This document shows, piece by piece, positions 9,945 to 19,546 of a DNA stretch of 64,000 nucleotides; position 1 is the first letter of the stretch; every line of letters begins with the position of its first letter. The position numbers were made by a program, and so were the translations under genes. Where the stretch lies: positions 1 to 64,000 of the forward strand of contig DXJV01000001.1 of NCBI GenBank assembly GCA_019056785.1, written 5' to 3'. This DNA comes from Candidatus Heimdallarchaeota archaeon. Lineage in GTDB: Archaea; Asgardarchaeota; Heimdallarchaeia; JABLTI01. The notes under the pieces are model-generated. The model was not told the DNA's origin and did not search any database. It saw nothing but the letters and a program-made list of their open reading frames with translations.

Positions 9945-10520
9945 ATGGTTAAAATCGAATATGAAATTCAAAATTGTGTTGCCTCAGGGAGTGTTGAAAC
10001 CTCTCGTATAGATCTCTATGCTCTTGCAGATCAATTAAGTGAAAAGCCTGAATACTTTGTCTCATACGAGCCTGAGAAATTCCCCGGGTTGGTTTTAAAA
10101 ATCCCCAAGCCAAAGGTAAGTTCGCTCATTTTTGCTTCTGGAAAAATGGTCATCACCGGCGCGAAAAGTGCAGAGCAATTGCATTCTGCTGCTGAAGAAA
10201 TTGTTAAAGTTTTAAAGGCTGCAGGCGCAAAAATCACGGGAAAACCACAAGTCACGGTTCAGAACATTGTTGCTTCTGGCAACATCAATGCAATCATCAA
10301 CCTCGAGTTAGCATCTATCATGCTTGAAGGTTCAATGTACGAACCCGAACAATTTCCAGGCTTGATCTACCGGATCCGCGAGCCCAAAACTGTTCTACTG
10401 CTCTTCCAAAGTGGTGCTTTTGTCTGTACAGGTGCTAAAAAAGAAGAGTTCGTCAGTGAATCAACCCGAAAGACTTATGAGATTTTGAAAGAAGTTGGTG
10501 CTTTAGAGGAAGAATTCTAA
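9945..10520 (+). CDS. tbp: TATA-box-binding protein
   Basis: Two TBP repeats (IQNCVAS/VQNIVAS, YEPEKFPGL/YEPEQFPGL, IFASGKMVITGAK); acidic tail. Confidence 0.97.
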   Translation: MVKIEYEIQNCVASGSVETSRIDLYALADQLSEKPEYFVSYEPEKFPGLVLKIPKPKVSSLIFASGKMVITGAKSAEQLHSAAEEIVKVLKAAGAKITGKPQVTVQNIVASGNINAIINLELASIMLEGSMYEPEQFPGLIYRIREPKTVLLLFQSGAFVCTGAKKEEFVSESTRKTYEILKEVGALEEEF

Positions 10521-10615
10521 TAATATTTTTCCTTTCTTTTTTGTTTTATTTGAGAGAGGGAGAAAAAGGGACTATTTCTCAGCTGAGAAATAGCATAAAT
10601 TGTTCTTTTCTATTA

Positions 10616-11329
10616 TTACTTTTGAACAAAGTCTCGATAGGCTTTGAAAACGAAATTAAACCCACCGGTTTCCTCGCCTTCATTTATTGTTATTGTTTGT
10701 GGTGCTTCTCTGAATTCTCGGTCAATCAAATCCGATTTTAGGGCCCCGAAGAATTTTTCTTTCGGTCGAGCATTCTTTCCGACCCAAGTATAGATCATCA
10801 TTGCTTCTTCGCCCATTAGTGCAGCAACGATAAATACGTCATTCGAATCTAAAGAATCTCGAGAGAATTCTACATCTGTATATTCAATGTTCTCGCCCAC
10901 TTGTTGAACACGGATCATTCTGAATTGCGGTTTGAAGCTGGTATCAATATGAATTAACATGGAGGGTGTGTCTCCTTCCACCACTTTGAAATCCGGACCC
11001 AATTTTTCAAGTAATTCTGGGTCTTCTTCTCCTTCGAAGCAGGAGTCTACTTTTGGCAATCCTCGTCGTTCGAAGTCTAATTCTTGGGCTGTTTTTGCTG
11101 CGATGAATTTCTCATCGACTTGGGAGCCACTACCAACCCAAATCCAAATTTGTTTTCCTGCGTCAATGACATAGGAATCTCCGCGATTGAATTTGGGCTC
11201 TTTAACAGGCACTAATTCACCTTTTGCAACTTGATAAATCATTATGTCTTCTGGCAAAAAATCACCTAACTTTTTTTCGCTCATTTTTGGTGTTTTACGT
11301 ACGCTATTCATTCCTAAAAAATCTTTCAC
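10616..11329 (-). CDS. Two-domain gelsolin-like actin regulator (Asgard ESP)
   Basis: FNRGDSYVID..IWIWVGSGS..EK and LDSNDVFIV..IYTWVGKNA..EK..EGEE are gelsolin repeats. Probable start is MSEKK at about 11284. Confidence 0.9.
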   Translation of the reverse strand: MKDFLGMNSVRKTPKMSEKKLGDFLPEDIMIYQVAKGELVPVKEPKFNRGDSYVIDAGKQIWIWVGSGSQVDEKFIAAKTAQELDFERRGLPKVDSCFEGEEDPELLEKLGPDFKVVEGDTPSMLIHIDTSFKPQFRMIRVQQVGENIEYTDVEFSRDSLDSNDVFIVAALMGEEAMMIYTWVGKNARPKEKFFGALKSDLIDREFREAPQTITINEGEETGGFNFVFKAYRDFVQK

Positions 11330-11429
11330 TATGACCTTTGTTGAGCAAATTCCTTTTAAATTATCGATAATATATTCTAGCTATAAATTTTACAAAATTT
11401 GATTACTAATAGTTATAGGTGGTAAAGTT

Positions 11430-12011
11430 TTGAATTATCGGAAATCTTGTAAGCTCTTTTTTGGTTTGGTAATAATTCTCTCAACAATGCTCTCTTCGAC
11501 CTTTGTTCTTGCGAATCAACAGGTTACTCACTCGGCACAGCTTCTTATCGACGATGATCCTACAATCCGCAAAGTCCCTTTCTTGAAATCTGGCGTTTTA
11601 GGAGCATTAATGGATTATGACAGTTATCATCTGCAACTTAAGAAAGATGTAGAATATTTCTGCTGGGCGAACATAAAGATTACAGAAGGAACCTTCCTGA
11701 TTACCGCTGTTGGCGCTCCAGACTTTTTTTCAGCAAGTAACTCTTGGAATTCTTCAACTCCTAACCGTAAACATGTTGTAAAACTGACATTCTTTGCTTC
11801 CCACGATGGCGAATACACAATTTCGGTTTCAACTGTGGCTGCAAGTGAAGAGGGTAAATACACTCTTTATATAAATAAAGCAGGTTTTGCTGGCATTTGG
11901 TGGATGGTGCTTATTCCGATTGTGGTTTTGCTTTTAATTTTTAGTCTTATATACTTCTTAAGAGTGAGGAAAAGACGAAAAAAGAGGAGACCCCGAAAAC
12001 GGAAGCGTTAA
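11430..12011 (+). CDS. Secreted protein with one beta-sandwich-like domain, C-terminal TM and very basic tail
   Basis: Signal peptide; GEYTISV..GKYTLYI; TM followed by RVRKRRKKRRPRKRKR. Confidence 0.7.
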   Translation: MNYRKSCKLFFGLVIILSTMLSSTFVLANQQVTHSAQLLIDDDPTIRKVPFLKSGVLGALMDYDSYHLQLKKDVEYFCWANIKITEGTFLITAVGAPDFFSASNSWNSSTPNRKHVVKLTFFASHDGEYTISVSTVAASEEGKYTLYINKAGFAGIWWMVLIPIVVLLLIFSLIYFLRVRKRRKKRRPRKRKR

Positions 12012-12054
12012 ATCTACTTTTTTTCTTTTTTTATACATCAATTAATAAATATGC

Positions 12055-13077
12055 TTGTTTTTAAGGGTGCGTGAAATGATCGTCCAGATTACAACTCCAA
12101 GTCGATTGCATTTTGGACTTATCGATTTGAATGGTGAACTAGGCAGAATTAACGGTAGTCTTGGCGTGGCACTTGAAAATCCTTCCTGGTTGATTCACGC
12201 TGGAGAAAGTGTCAGTCCAAATGATACTATTCTTTCTGAAGAATTTAAGAAGCAATTTTCTTCTTTTAAAGCGCGCTTTGATCAGCAATTCAAAACGAAT
12301 TCTAAACAAATTAACTTTTCTTTTGTTAAAGATATTCCTGCTCATGTTGGTTTGGGTTCGAAAACACAATTCTTGTTAGGAATTGGCGCTCTTTTAGCAA
12401 AAATACACCATCTTGACCTTGAAGCTCGACCCCTAGCAAAACTGGCAGAAAGAGGGGGAACTAGTGGAATTGGCGTTGCTGCTTTTACTGCAGGGGGATT
12501 TATTGTTGATGGTGGGCATTCTTTTGGCCCTGGAAAAACAACAACTACTTTTCAACCGTCGAGTACATCAAAAGCGCCACCGCCACCTGTGCTGTTTCAA
12601 ACCCCTCTCCCAGCTTCTTGGCGATTCCTTATCATCACACCTAAGGGGTTCAAGGGTTTTTTTGGTTCTAAAGAACAACAGCTTTTTACCGAGTGCTGCC
12701 CTGTCCCGGCAAGAGAGGCAGAGCAGCTTTCACGTTTGATCTTGATGAAAATTTTACCGGCCTTGAAAGAAGCAGATATTCAAACTTTTGGTGCAGGCCT
12801 TACGGAACTTCAGACTAAGTTCAAACGTTTTGGCTTTGAAAAATACTCAGGGACGATTGTTGCTGAACTCCTTGAACTCGTGCGAAAGCAGGACTTTATT
12901 TTTGGCTCTGGCATCAGTTCCTTTGGTCCCACAATTTTTGGCCTGACCAATGCTCTGAAAAAGGCATCTCAATTTCTGGAAGAACTTGCTCAAACTTTTT
13001 CTCCGAAACGATTCGAAATTCTAGAGGTAACAACTTGTAATACTACTGGTGCAAAGATTAATTTTCTCAAGGTCTAA
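12055..13077 (+). CDS. mptG: Beta-ribofuranosylaminobenzene 5'-phosphate (RFAP) synthase, GHMP family
   Basis: TPSRLHFGLID, PAHVGLGSKTQ, RGGTSGIG, GGFIVDGGH, GISSFGPT. Confidence 0.88.
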   Translation: MFLRVREMIVQITTPSRLHFGLIDLNGELGRINGSLGVALENPSWLIHAGESVSPNDTILSEEFKKQFSSFKARFDQQFKTNSKQINFSFVKDIPAHVGLGSKTQFLLGIGALLAKIHHLDLEARPLAKLAERGGTSGIGVAAFTAGGFIVDGGHSFGPGKTTTTFQPSSTSKAPPPPVLFQTPLPASWRFLIITPKGFKGFFGSKEQQLFTECCPVPAREAEQLSRLILMKILPALKEADIQTFGAGLTELQTKFKRFGFEKYSGTIVAELLELVRKQDFIFGSGISSFGPTIFGLTNALKKASQFLEELAQTFSPKRFEILEVTTCNTTGAKINFLKV

Positions 13078-13124
13078 ATTCCATAGAAAAAAAGAAAAAA
13101 AGAACGAGAGATCTGTTCTCTTTT

Positions 13125-13574
13125 TTATGTAATTCCTAATTTTGTTTTTGCCATTTTGTAGACTTCGCCACCGATCTTTGTTGCAATTTGTTCATAGAAA
13201 TACTGATAGCCAAAAACAACTGCTCCGAGTTCGGATTTAAATGAAACAATGTCAGTTTCAACTGGCAAGTCATTTTCAGAATAAATATTTCCTTTTGGAT
13301 CAATTGAGTAGGTCACTTCATTTAGATTGAAATTCGCTAACAAGAGGTTTGCATGAATGGCAGGAACTAATTCTTTTGGAATTTCATTTTCGGCCATTAT
13401 CAAGCAGAATAATTGCATCCAATCTGGTGCAATAACAATCCGTACATTGAATGTTCTTTGATCGATTTTGTACGGGAGCATTATTTCGGTTCCTTCTTGG
13501 GAAACATAATAATTTAGGTCAAGCTCATCGAGCCAACCTTTTACTTTCTCAAGGGTTTCATTTACGTCTGCCAT
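13125..13574 (-). CDS. YbjN/CesT-like chaperone-fold protein
   Basis: Size and pattern (LL.ANF..YSIDPKGNIY) fit the YbjN family. Confidence 0.6.
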   Translation of the reverse strand: MADVNETLEKVKGWLDELDLNYYVSQEGTEIMLPYKIDQRTFNVRIVIAPDWMQLFCLIMAENEIPKELVPAIHANLLLANFNLNEVTYSIDPKGNIYSENDLPVETDIVSFKSELGAVVFGYQYFYEQIATKIGGEVYKMAKTKLGIT

Positions 13575-13787
13575 GATTGTTAGACTCCATATTTCTTAAG
13601 CTTCGAATGATTTCTTAACAAAAAAACTTTTCCAAATATGCTAAGTAGTGGGCTTATTTTTGTCGATAAGAGCAAATTATTTAAGGATAAAAGAGAAATG
13701 GAAACAATAATGCTCATGTTAGAAAATTTATAAATGGTGAGTTGATAGAGAAAGAGAAGATTACTGTTTGGGAGTACAACAACACCA

Positions 13788-13955
13788 ATGAATGAAGGTT
13801 CGATTAAAGTAAGCGAAAAATGCCCTCTTTGTGGGAGTAAAACTGTGAAAATAGTTTATCATACAGAGGGTGGGGTGGTGCTTCTCTCTGAGTACAATTG
13901 TCCGACTTGTGGGACCTATACTCGCATGAATTTTCTCGTGTCTGACGAAAAATGA
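13788..13955 (+). CDS. 55-aa zinc-ribbon microprotein (not in ORF track)
   Basis: MNEGSIKVSEKCPLCGSK..YNCPTCGTYTRMNFLVSDEK; two CPxCG knuckles; GGAG upstream. Confidence 0.75.
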   Translation: MNEGSIKVSEKCPLCGSKTVKIVYHTEGGVVLLSEYNCPTCGTYTRMNFLVSDEK

Positions 13956-13971
13956 ACAACATTGCTTTTAG

Positions 13972-14994
13972 TTAACTAATGATTAACCAAATTCCTGTTG
14001 TTGTTAGTAATGTTCCTAGTATAAGTCGAAAAGAAACGCGTTCCTTGAGAAAGAGTATGGAAAGTGGCGTGGCAATAAGTGGTGCTGCTGCGGAAATAGC
14101 AGCAGTTGTGGATGCTTCTGTAAAGCTTAATGCAAAAACATACAAAAGGCTTCCAATAGTATTGCCAATTATGCCGGCGATTAATACGAGTAAGATACTC
14201 TTCCAATTAAATTTTGTTTTTAATTTACCTCGATTTCCGGCGAGAAAAATAAGTACGGATGCCGGGGCAATGAGTGCAATTCGATAAGCATTCGCTGAAA
14301 TTCCTGACACGTTGTTCTTCAATCCTTGGTCCATCATAATTGTTCCGATTGCCCAACAAAAAGCTGTTGTCGTTGCGAGGAGAATTCCCAAGATGATCTT
14401 TTGTTTTGCTTTTTTCTTTTCAAGTGCAATTTCACTTATTTTTTTAGCAATAATTTCCTCCTCTTCTTTGGTGCGTTCTTTTCTTGTAGTAATCTCTACA
14501 GTTGGAGCTGACTGGCGAATTGTCAAAATGGATTGATCTTCCGTCGATGTTGAAACTAGATAAACTCCAAGAACAACCAATAAGACACCTTGAATTTTGA
14601 AAAAGTCATAAGTCTCAAAATGAAAGGCAATCCCTAATAAATATGTCACGAGAGGATAGCTAACAGCAATAGGATAAGCTTTAGACAAACCAATAAGCTG
14701 CTGACTAAAATAAAAAATGACATCACCTATAACTACACCCAAGAGCGAACCACCAACAAGCAAAAGACCCGTTTTTGCATTGTAGCTAAAAGTTTCTTTT
14801 AATGTTCCTAAGGAAAGAACGAGTATGAGATAAAAAACAGCCGAGAAAGAAAGGCGAATGGCATTAATAGCTATAGGGTTTATTTTTTTTCCTTGAGATT
14901 TGATGATTACATTTCCTACACCGAAACAAATTGCTCCGGCAATTGCAGCGAGTTCGCCATAATAGTTACTAAGCGTCATTGTTTGTAGTCTCAA
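13972..14994 (-). CDS. DMT/EamA family transporter
   Basis: Two 5-TM EamA repeats with a charged linker; FLKERVS motif. Confidence 0.9.
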   Translation of the reverse strand: MRLQTMTLSNYYGELAAIAGAICFGVGNVIIKSQGKKINPIAINAIRLSFSAVFYLILVLSLGTLKETFSYNAKTGLLLVGGSLLGVVIGDVIFYFSQQLIGLSKAYPIAVSYPLVTYLLGIAFHFETYDFFKIQGVLLVVLGVYLVSTSTEDQSILTIRQSAPTVEITTRKERTKEEEEIIAKKISEIALEKKKAKQKIILGILLATTTAFCWAIGTIMMDQGLKNNVSGISANAYRIALIAPASVLIFLAGNRGKLKTKFNWKSILLVLIAGIIGNTIGSLLYVFALSFTEASTTAAISAAAPLIATPLSILFLKERVSFRLILGTLLTTTGIWLIIS

Positions 14995-15005
14995 AACTTG
15001 CTAGT

Positions 15006-15509
15006 TCATTTTTTATCGGCATATAAGATGGTAATTTTTTTCATTAGTTCCTCATATGTTTCTTCTAGTGCTTGAGAGAGAACTCGCGTGTTCGCAACTA
15101 CAGGCATAAAGTTTGTGTCCCCGCCCCAACGTGGGACAATATGGACATGAACATGAGTCCGTAAGCCTGCACCGGCAACTTTCCCTAGATTTATGCCAAC
15201 ATTAAACCCTTGAGGGTGTATTGTTACTTTTAAAAGTTCGATTGCTTTTGTAGTAAGGTTCCAAATCTCCCTTCCTTCTTCTTCTGAGAGATCGGCAAGA
15301 TTTGGGCAGTGTTTTAGTGGAGCGATCATTAAATGCCCGGTGATATAAGGATATTTATTCAAAAGAACAATGGCTTTTTTCCCACGATAGAGCAAAAGAT
15401 TTTTTTTGTCCTCGGATTCGGGTGCTTTTATCATATCACAAATGAAGCATCCTTGATCTTTTGGTTGTTTGATATATTCTATTCGCCATGGTGCCCAAAT
15501 TTTTTCCAT
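15006..15509 (-). CDS. HIT family hydrolase (Fhit/Ap4A phosphorylase-like)
   Basis: WAPWR, CFIC, NKYPY..GH, HVHVHIVPRW.GD.NFM. Confidence 0.92.
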   Translation of the reverse strand: MEKIWAPWRIEYIKQPKDQGCFICDMIKAPESEDKKNLLLYRGKKAIVLLNKYPYITGHLMIAPLKHCPNLADLSEEEGREIWNLTTKAIELLKVTIHPQGFNVGINLGKVAGAGLRTHVHVHIVPRWGGDTNFMPVVANTRVLSQALEETYEELMKKITILYADKK

Positions 15510-15587
15510 CAGATATCACTTTTATTTTGCGGTTATTTTTTAGTACTTTCTTTTCCTTATAATCGTTTTCAAAGAGTAAAAGTTTGT

Positions 15588-15860
15588 TTAATCTAGAGGT
15601 TCGAGAGGAATGGCTTTCATGAGGATGAGATAAACAATAGCCATCAATCCACCAGTTATGATCGTAAGGAAGATATAGAGTAGTCGTATCAGAGTTGAAT
15701 CCATGTTCCAGAGATTTGCCAGGCCACCACAAACACCGGCAAAGAAATAATCATCCTGTGATCGGTAGAAAATGCGTTTTTTCTGTGCTGTCCTCTCTTT
15801 TTCTAGTTCAAAGGGGAGCAGTAGTGTTTCGTTAGCAGCTTTTTCTTGCATCATTATCAC
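15588..15860 (-). CDS. pspC: PspC domain membrane protein
   Basis: YRSQDD..FAGVCGGLA....DSTLIRL..YLIL...IP. Confidence 0.88.
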   Translation of the reverse strand: MIMMQEKAANETLLLPFELEKERTAQKKRIFYRSQDDYFFAGVCGGLANLWNMDSTLIRLLYIFLTIITGGLMAIVYLILMKAIPLEPLD

Positions 15861-15889
15861 TTCTAAATAATCATCGGTAAAATGATAAA

Positions 15890-16603
15890 TTATTGTGAGT
15901 TGTTTCGTTGTAATTTATAATAGTCTTTTAATGCTTCAGGAAAATCCTCGAGTCTTTCAAGATAGGTTAAAATAATTTGCGGAAAGAATGATGCTTCTAC
16001 AAACCGTATACCCATACGTTCTGCCCACGCTTTAATGCCCGAATCGGCTGAAACAACGCCAGCGTTCAATTCTTTTGCGAGAATTAAAGTATCAATGTCT
16101 GGCAAGGAGTCTAGCACACCTCTCCGCATCTTTTGCCGGTATTTTTCCTCAAAATTCCTTGTCAGCGAATGTTCTATATCCTTAATATTTTTGCTATGGT
16201 TGTCTTCAAAGATATTTTTCTCACAGTACTTAAGTGCTTCTTTAATAGCCTTTCTAACGATGCTCATTCCTTGATCAAGTCGCTTCCGGACATCACTAAC
16301 ATATTCATAAATCACATGTGAGGATAACATTACGGAATATCTATCCGGGGTTTTCCGGACAACCCATGCTTCTACTTGGTCGACATCGCGTAGAGAGCAT
16401 TTGTTTTCCAGCAAAAATTCCTTAAGCTCTTTAAAAGTGGAAGGTGGCATATAACAAGAAATGTTTAATCGTAAGCGACCGATGCTAATCAATTCAGTTA
16501 AACGAATGACAACATCGCTAATTGTCCCACCAAATTGTTCTAAGAGTTTTGAATCTGTAAAAGCAGTCGTGTCGAGAACGAATCTTTGCCTGGGAAAAGA
16601 CAT
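15890..16603 (-). CDS. HARP: protein-only RNase P (PIN domain, UPF0278/'RNA ligase partner' family)
   Basis: RFVLDTTAFTD, CYMPPS, R.GVLDS..DID.L.LAKEL.A.VVSAD.GI..WAE. Confidence 0.9.
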   Translation of the reverse strand: MSFPRQRFVLDTTAFTDSKLLEQFGGTISDVVIRLTELISIGRLRLNISCYMPPSTFKELKEFLLENKCSLRDVDQVEAWVVRKTPDRYSVMLSSHVIYEYVSDVRKRLDQGMSIVRKAIKEALKYCEKNIFEDNHSKNIKDIEHSLTRNFEEKYRQKMRRGVLDSLPDIDTLILAKELNAGVVSADSGIKAWAERMGIRFVEASFFPQIILTYLERLEDFPEALKDYYKLQRNNSQ

Positions 16604-16755
16604 TTACTTTACTCCTTACTCGAGAGATTTTCGTGCTGTGTTAAGTATTTTACCATAATTAAAATGATTTGTGGTAAAAGCTATTTAAGTTTGAATGGTA
16701 CAATTAATGCTGTAAATTAGCAAATACTACTAAAAGCAAAGGTTTGTGAATTTTT

Positions 16756-18300
16756 ATGTCATATTTATTGAGATCTTCGACACTTCCGCCAGCAAAAATT
16801 GGGATACTTTCTTTTACTGACCCTCGAAAAGATGTTAAATTAGTAGAGGAGCGAGAGCAATTCATTCAGAAGCAGCATTCGCTCCTTGTCTCGGCACTTC
16901 AACAACAAGGTTTTGTTGTCGTTGATCCATTGCAAACTCGAGGAAAGAAAGAAGGCATCTGGGCAATTAGTACCCAAAAAGAAGCTCTTGCACTTCTCTC
17001 TCAATTGCAATCAGAAGAAATTTTTGCGTTGATTGTTGGTTGCTTTACGTGGAATGAACCCAATGTCCCTCTTTCTCTAGCAGAGAAATTACAAACACCT
17101 GTTGCTCTGGTTACCTCAACAAATAAGGATTGGCCCGGCATAACCGCTCTCGCATCAACTGGCGCCTCGTTTTGGGAAAATGCGAAAAATGTGTTTATTA
17201 AAAAACACGCTCGCTTTCTGTTTACTCGAGAAGCAGACATTGAAAAGATGACACCATGGTTAAAGGCAATGAGAGCCTTACAACATGTCAGAACCGGTAA
17301 ATTGTTGCTCTGGGGATCCGGCCCTGCTTTGCACATGGAGCACTTAACAGATGATATTTCAACTTTACAACGCCTTAATCTTATTGAAGAAGTTTTCACA
17401 GAAGGGCAATACCAACTGATTCAAAAAACAGAAGAGCTTCTTCTTCGGGCGCCGGAAAGGATCTCTGCTTTTAAAAATTGGCTCGAGACAAATCAAGTAA
17501 AGATTCTCTATGATGATAAAATGCTCTCAGAACAGACTTTGCAAAAGCAAATTGCTCTGTATTTGGTGGCGAAAGATATTATTAAAACTTATATTCAAAA
17601 TGGCGAACGAATTATTGGCGTTTCAATAAAATGTCAACCTGAACTAAGCGTACAGTATGGCATCACCCCTTGTTTCTTGCCGGCTTTTCTTCCTTTCAAT
17701 AGTGATAGTGAGGAACCCGAGAAAGAGATAATCCCAACTGTTTGTGAAGGAGATATTAAAGGTCTCATAACCTCTGCTCTTCTTTATGGTTTAAACCCGC
17801 AATATCCTCCGCTTTTTGGTGACGTTCGATTTTTTGAAGAAAATTATTTTGTCCTTGGTAATTGCGGAGCGGCAAGTATTTTTTATGCTACTCTAAAAGA
17901 AAATCCTTTGGAAAACCTCAAGCAAATCTCTCTTGAGCCACAATGCCAAGGTGTTGCAGGAGCGGCGATCAAATATCATACTCCCCCAACCACGGATGGA
18001 GTAGTGACTTTTGCAAGGCTAATCCGCATTGCAGGGAAGCACTATTTCCAAGTTGGCACAGGAAAAATTGTTCCAGGAAAGGAACCAAAAGTAGGAACAT
18101 GGGGCGCAACTTGGCCCTATACCGCAATTGAGGTACCGGTAGAACAAGACCTTTTCATAAAGGCGCTTGGCACTAATCATTTGTCAGTTACGCCGGGAAA
18201 CTTTTCAAAAGAATTTGCGATTCTCAGTCAAATGCTCGAAATTCCAGTAATAAATCTAAATGATTCAAAAGCTCTCGAAAGATTTTTGGCAGAAATATAA
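16756..18300 (+). CDS. L-fucose isomerase family protein
   Basis: IKCQPEL, PTVCEGD.KG, FGD, NCG, VTFARL, TWP, NH motifs. Confidence 0.8.
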   Translation: MSYLLRSSTLPPAKIGILSFTDPRKDVKLVEEREQFIQKQHSLLVSALQQQGFVVVDPLQTRGKKEGIWAISTQKEALALLSQLQSEEIFALIVGCFTWNEPNVPLSLAEKLQTPVALVTSTNKDWPGITALASTGASFWENAKNVFIKKHARFLFTREADIEKMTPWLKAMRALQHVRTGKLLLWGSGPALHMEHLTDDISTLQRLNLIEEVFTEGQYQLIQKTEELLLRAPERISAFKNWLETNQVKILYDDKMLSEQTLQKQIALYLVAKDIIKTYIQNGERIIGVSIKCQPELSVQYGITPCFLPAFLPFNSDSEEPEKEIIPTVCEGDIKGLITSALLYGLNPQYPPLFGDVRFFEENYFVLGNCGAASIFYATLKENPLENLKQISLEPQCQGVAGAAIKYHTPPTTDGVVTFARLIRIAGKHYFQVGTGKIVPGKEPKVGTWGATWPYTAIEVPVEQDLFIKALGTNHLSVTPGNFSKEFAILSQMLEIPVINLNDSKALERFLAEI

Positions 18301-18361
18301 AAACAAAGAAAGAAAAGAAAAGAAAAGAAAAGGGAAGAATAAGATTGAAATCAAAAAAGCA

Positions 18362-18508
18362 TTAACGCTGATCCCAGAGTTCTTCTCGTAAGAGATCGCG
18401 AATTGCTATTCTAATGATTTCGCTTCTATTTGCGTACCGTTTTTGTCGTACGAGTTCATCTAGCCCTTCTAAAAATCCATCAGGAACGTGCACTGTTAAT
18501 AGTCTCAT
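18362..18508 (-). CDS. cdrS: 48-aa ribbon-helix-helix regulator, CdrS-like (not in ORF track)
   Basis: MRLLTVHVPDGFLEGLDELVRQKRYANRSEIIRIAIRDLLREELWDQR; GGTGA SD upstream. Confidence 0.8.
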   Translation of the reverse strand: MRLLTVHVPDGFLEGLDELVRQKRYANRSEIIRIAIRDLLREELWDQR

Positions 18509-18527
18509 CAAACTTGTTCACCTCAGC

Positions 18528-18589
18528 TGACAGTTCTGAACTGTCATCTTTCGACACACTACATCCTCGGCTTATTTGTGGTGTCGAAA
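18528..18589. promoter_or_regulatory. Two inverted repeats in the leader of the RHH gene
   Basis: TGACAGTTC-T-GAACTGTCA (18528-18546) and TTTCGACAC..GTGTCGAAA (18549-18589). Confidence 0.5.
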
Positions 18590-18736
18590 TTTCATATATC
18601 GGTAGATATTCTTCTGCAAATACGTTATTTAAATAGGGTTAATATAAGGTTAGTACTCCAGTATTACCTGAGGATATACAGAAGTATTACTCTTCTAGTA
18701 TTTTTCTCTATCTCATAGGGAAAGAGAATTTAAAAA

Positions 18737-19462
18737 TTATTCTAATTTTTTTAATTGAAAGAGCATTTCTTCTTTAAAAGCAATCCAATCGTCAAGCAGG
18801 TCACGATTCTCTTCCGCGAAATCGAGGAAGATAAAGTCCCCGGCGATCTGTTTAAGTCGCTCTTGTAATTGTTCATTGAATTCAATTATTGCATTTAAAA
18901 TCCTATTCCGATGTTCGATGGCTTCTTCTTTTATCCCTGATTCGTATATCCCGGCAATCCGTTTTACAGAATCACGGATGTTGCTTTTCGAATCATCTAA
19001 AAATTCCTTTAGTTCCTCTCGTCTTTCAATAAAGAGCTTTCTTTCTTCTTCCTTTAGCTCTGCTTGTTCTTCCTGTGTTGCTTTTGCTTGCCTTGTGAGG
19101 ATGGTTCTCACGCGGTTGCTTTCCTCAAGTGCTTCTTCATTTTTTGGTTCTATCTCGAGAATATCTTCATAGACGAACAATGCCAGGTCGAATTTCTTTT
19201 GCATTTTCAATGCTCTGGCTTTATTTATCATCGCTCGTATTAGTTTTGGTTCAATACTCAACGCTTTATTAAAGCATTCAATTGCTTCTTCAATTTTTTT
19301 CAGTTTCCGTAATGCTACGCCTTTATTGTTCCAAGCCATTGAGTTAGTAGGGTCGATTTCGAGAATCTTCTCAAAGATTTGCAATGCTTCGTTATTTTTA
19401 TTTTGCCGTAAAGCAATTAACCCTGCTGAAAGCATTTTGTTTAACTTTTGCTCTTGAACCAT
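18737..19462 (-). CDS. TPR-repeat protein with helical/coiled-coil C-terminus
   Basis: AWNNKGVAL..EEAIECFNKAL.IEP, about 3 TPRs. Confidence 0.85.
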   Translation of the reverse strand: MVQEQKLNKMLSAGLIALRQNKNNEALQIFEKILEIDPTNSMAWNNKGVALRKLKKIEEAIECFNKALSIEPKLIRAMINKARALKMQKKFDLALFVYEDILEIEPKNEEALEESNRVRTILTRQAKATQEEQAELKEEERKLFIERREELKEFLDDSKSNIRDSVKRIAGIYESGIKEEAIEHRNRILNAIIEFNEQLQERLKQIAGDFIFLDFAEENRDLLDDWIAFKEEMLFQLKKLE

Positions 19463-19546
19463 TTTCCACCCTCTTTTTCTCTGCTGTTTTGTCAGTTTTG
19501 AGAAATATACTAAAAAGATGGTATAAATTTTTGCAAAATTTTAAAA

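Noticed and set aside
18430-18636. 68-aa ORF on the + strand
   Set aside because: It is antisense to the convincing RHH gene and its leader.
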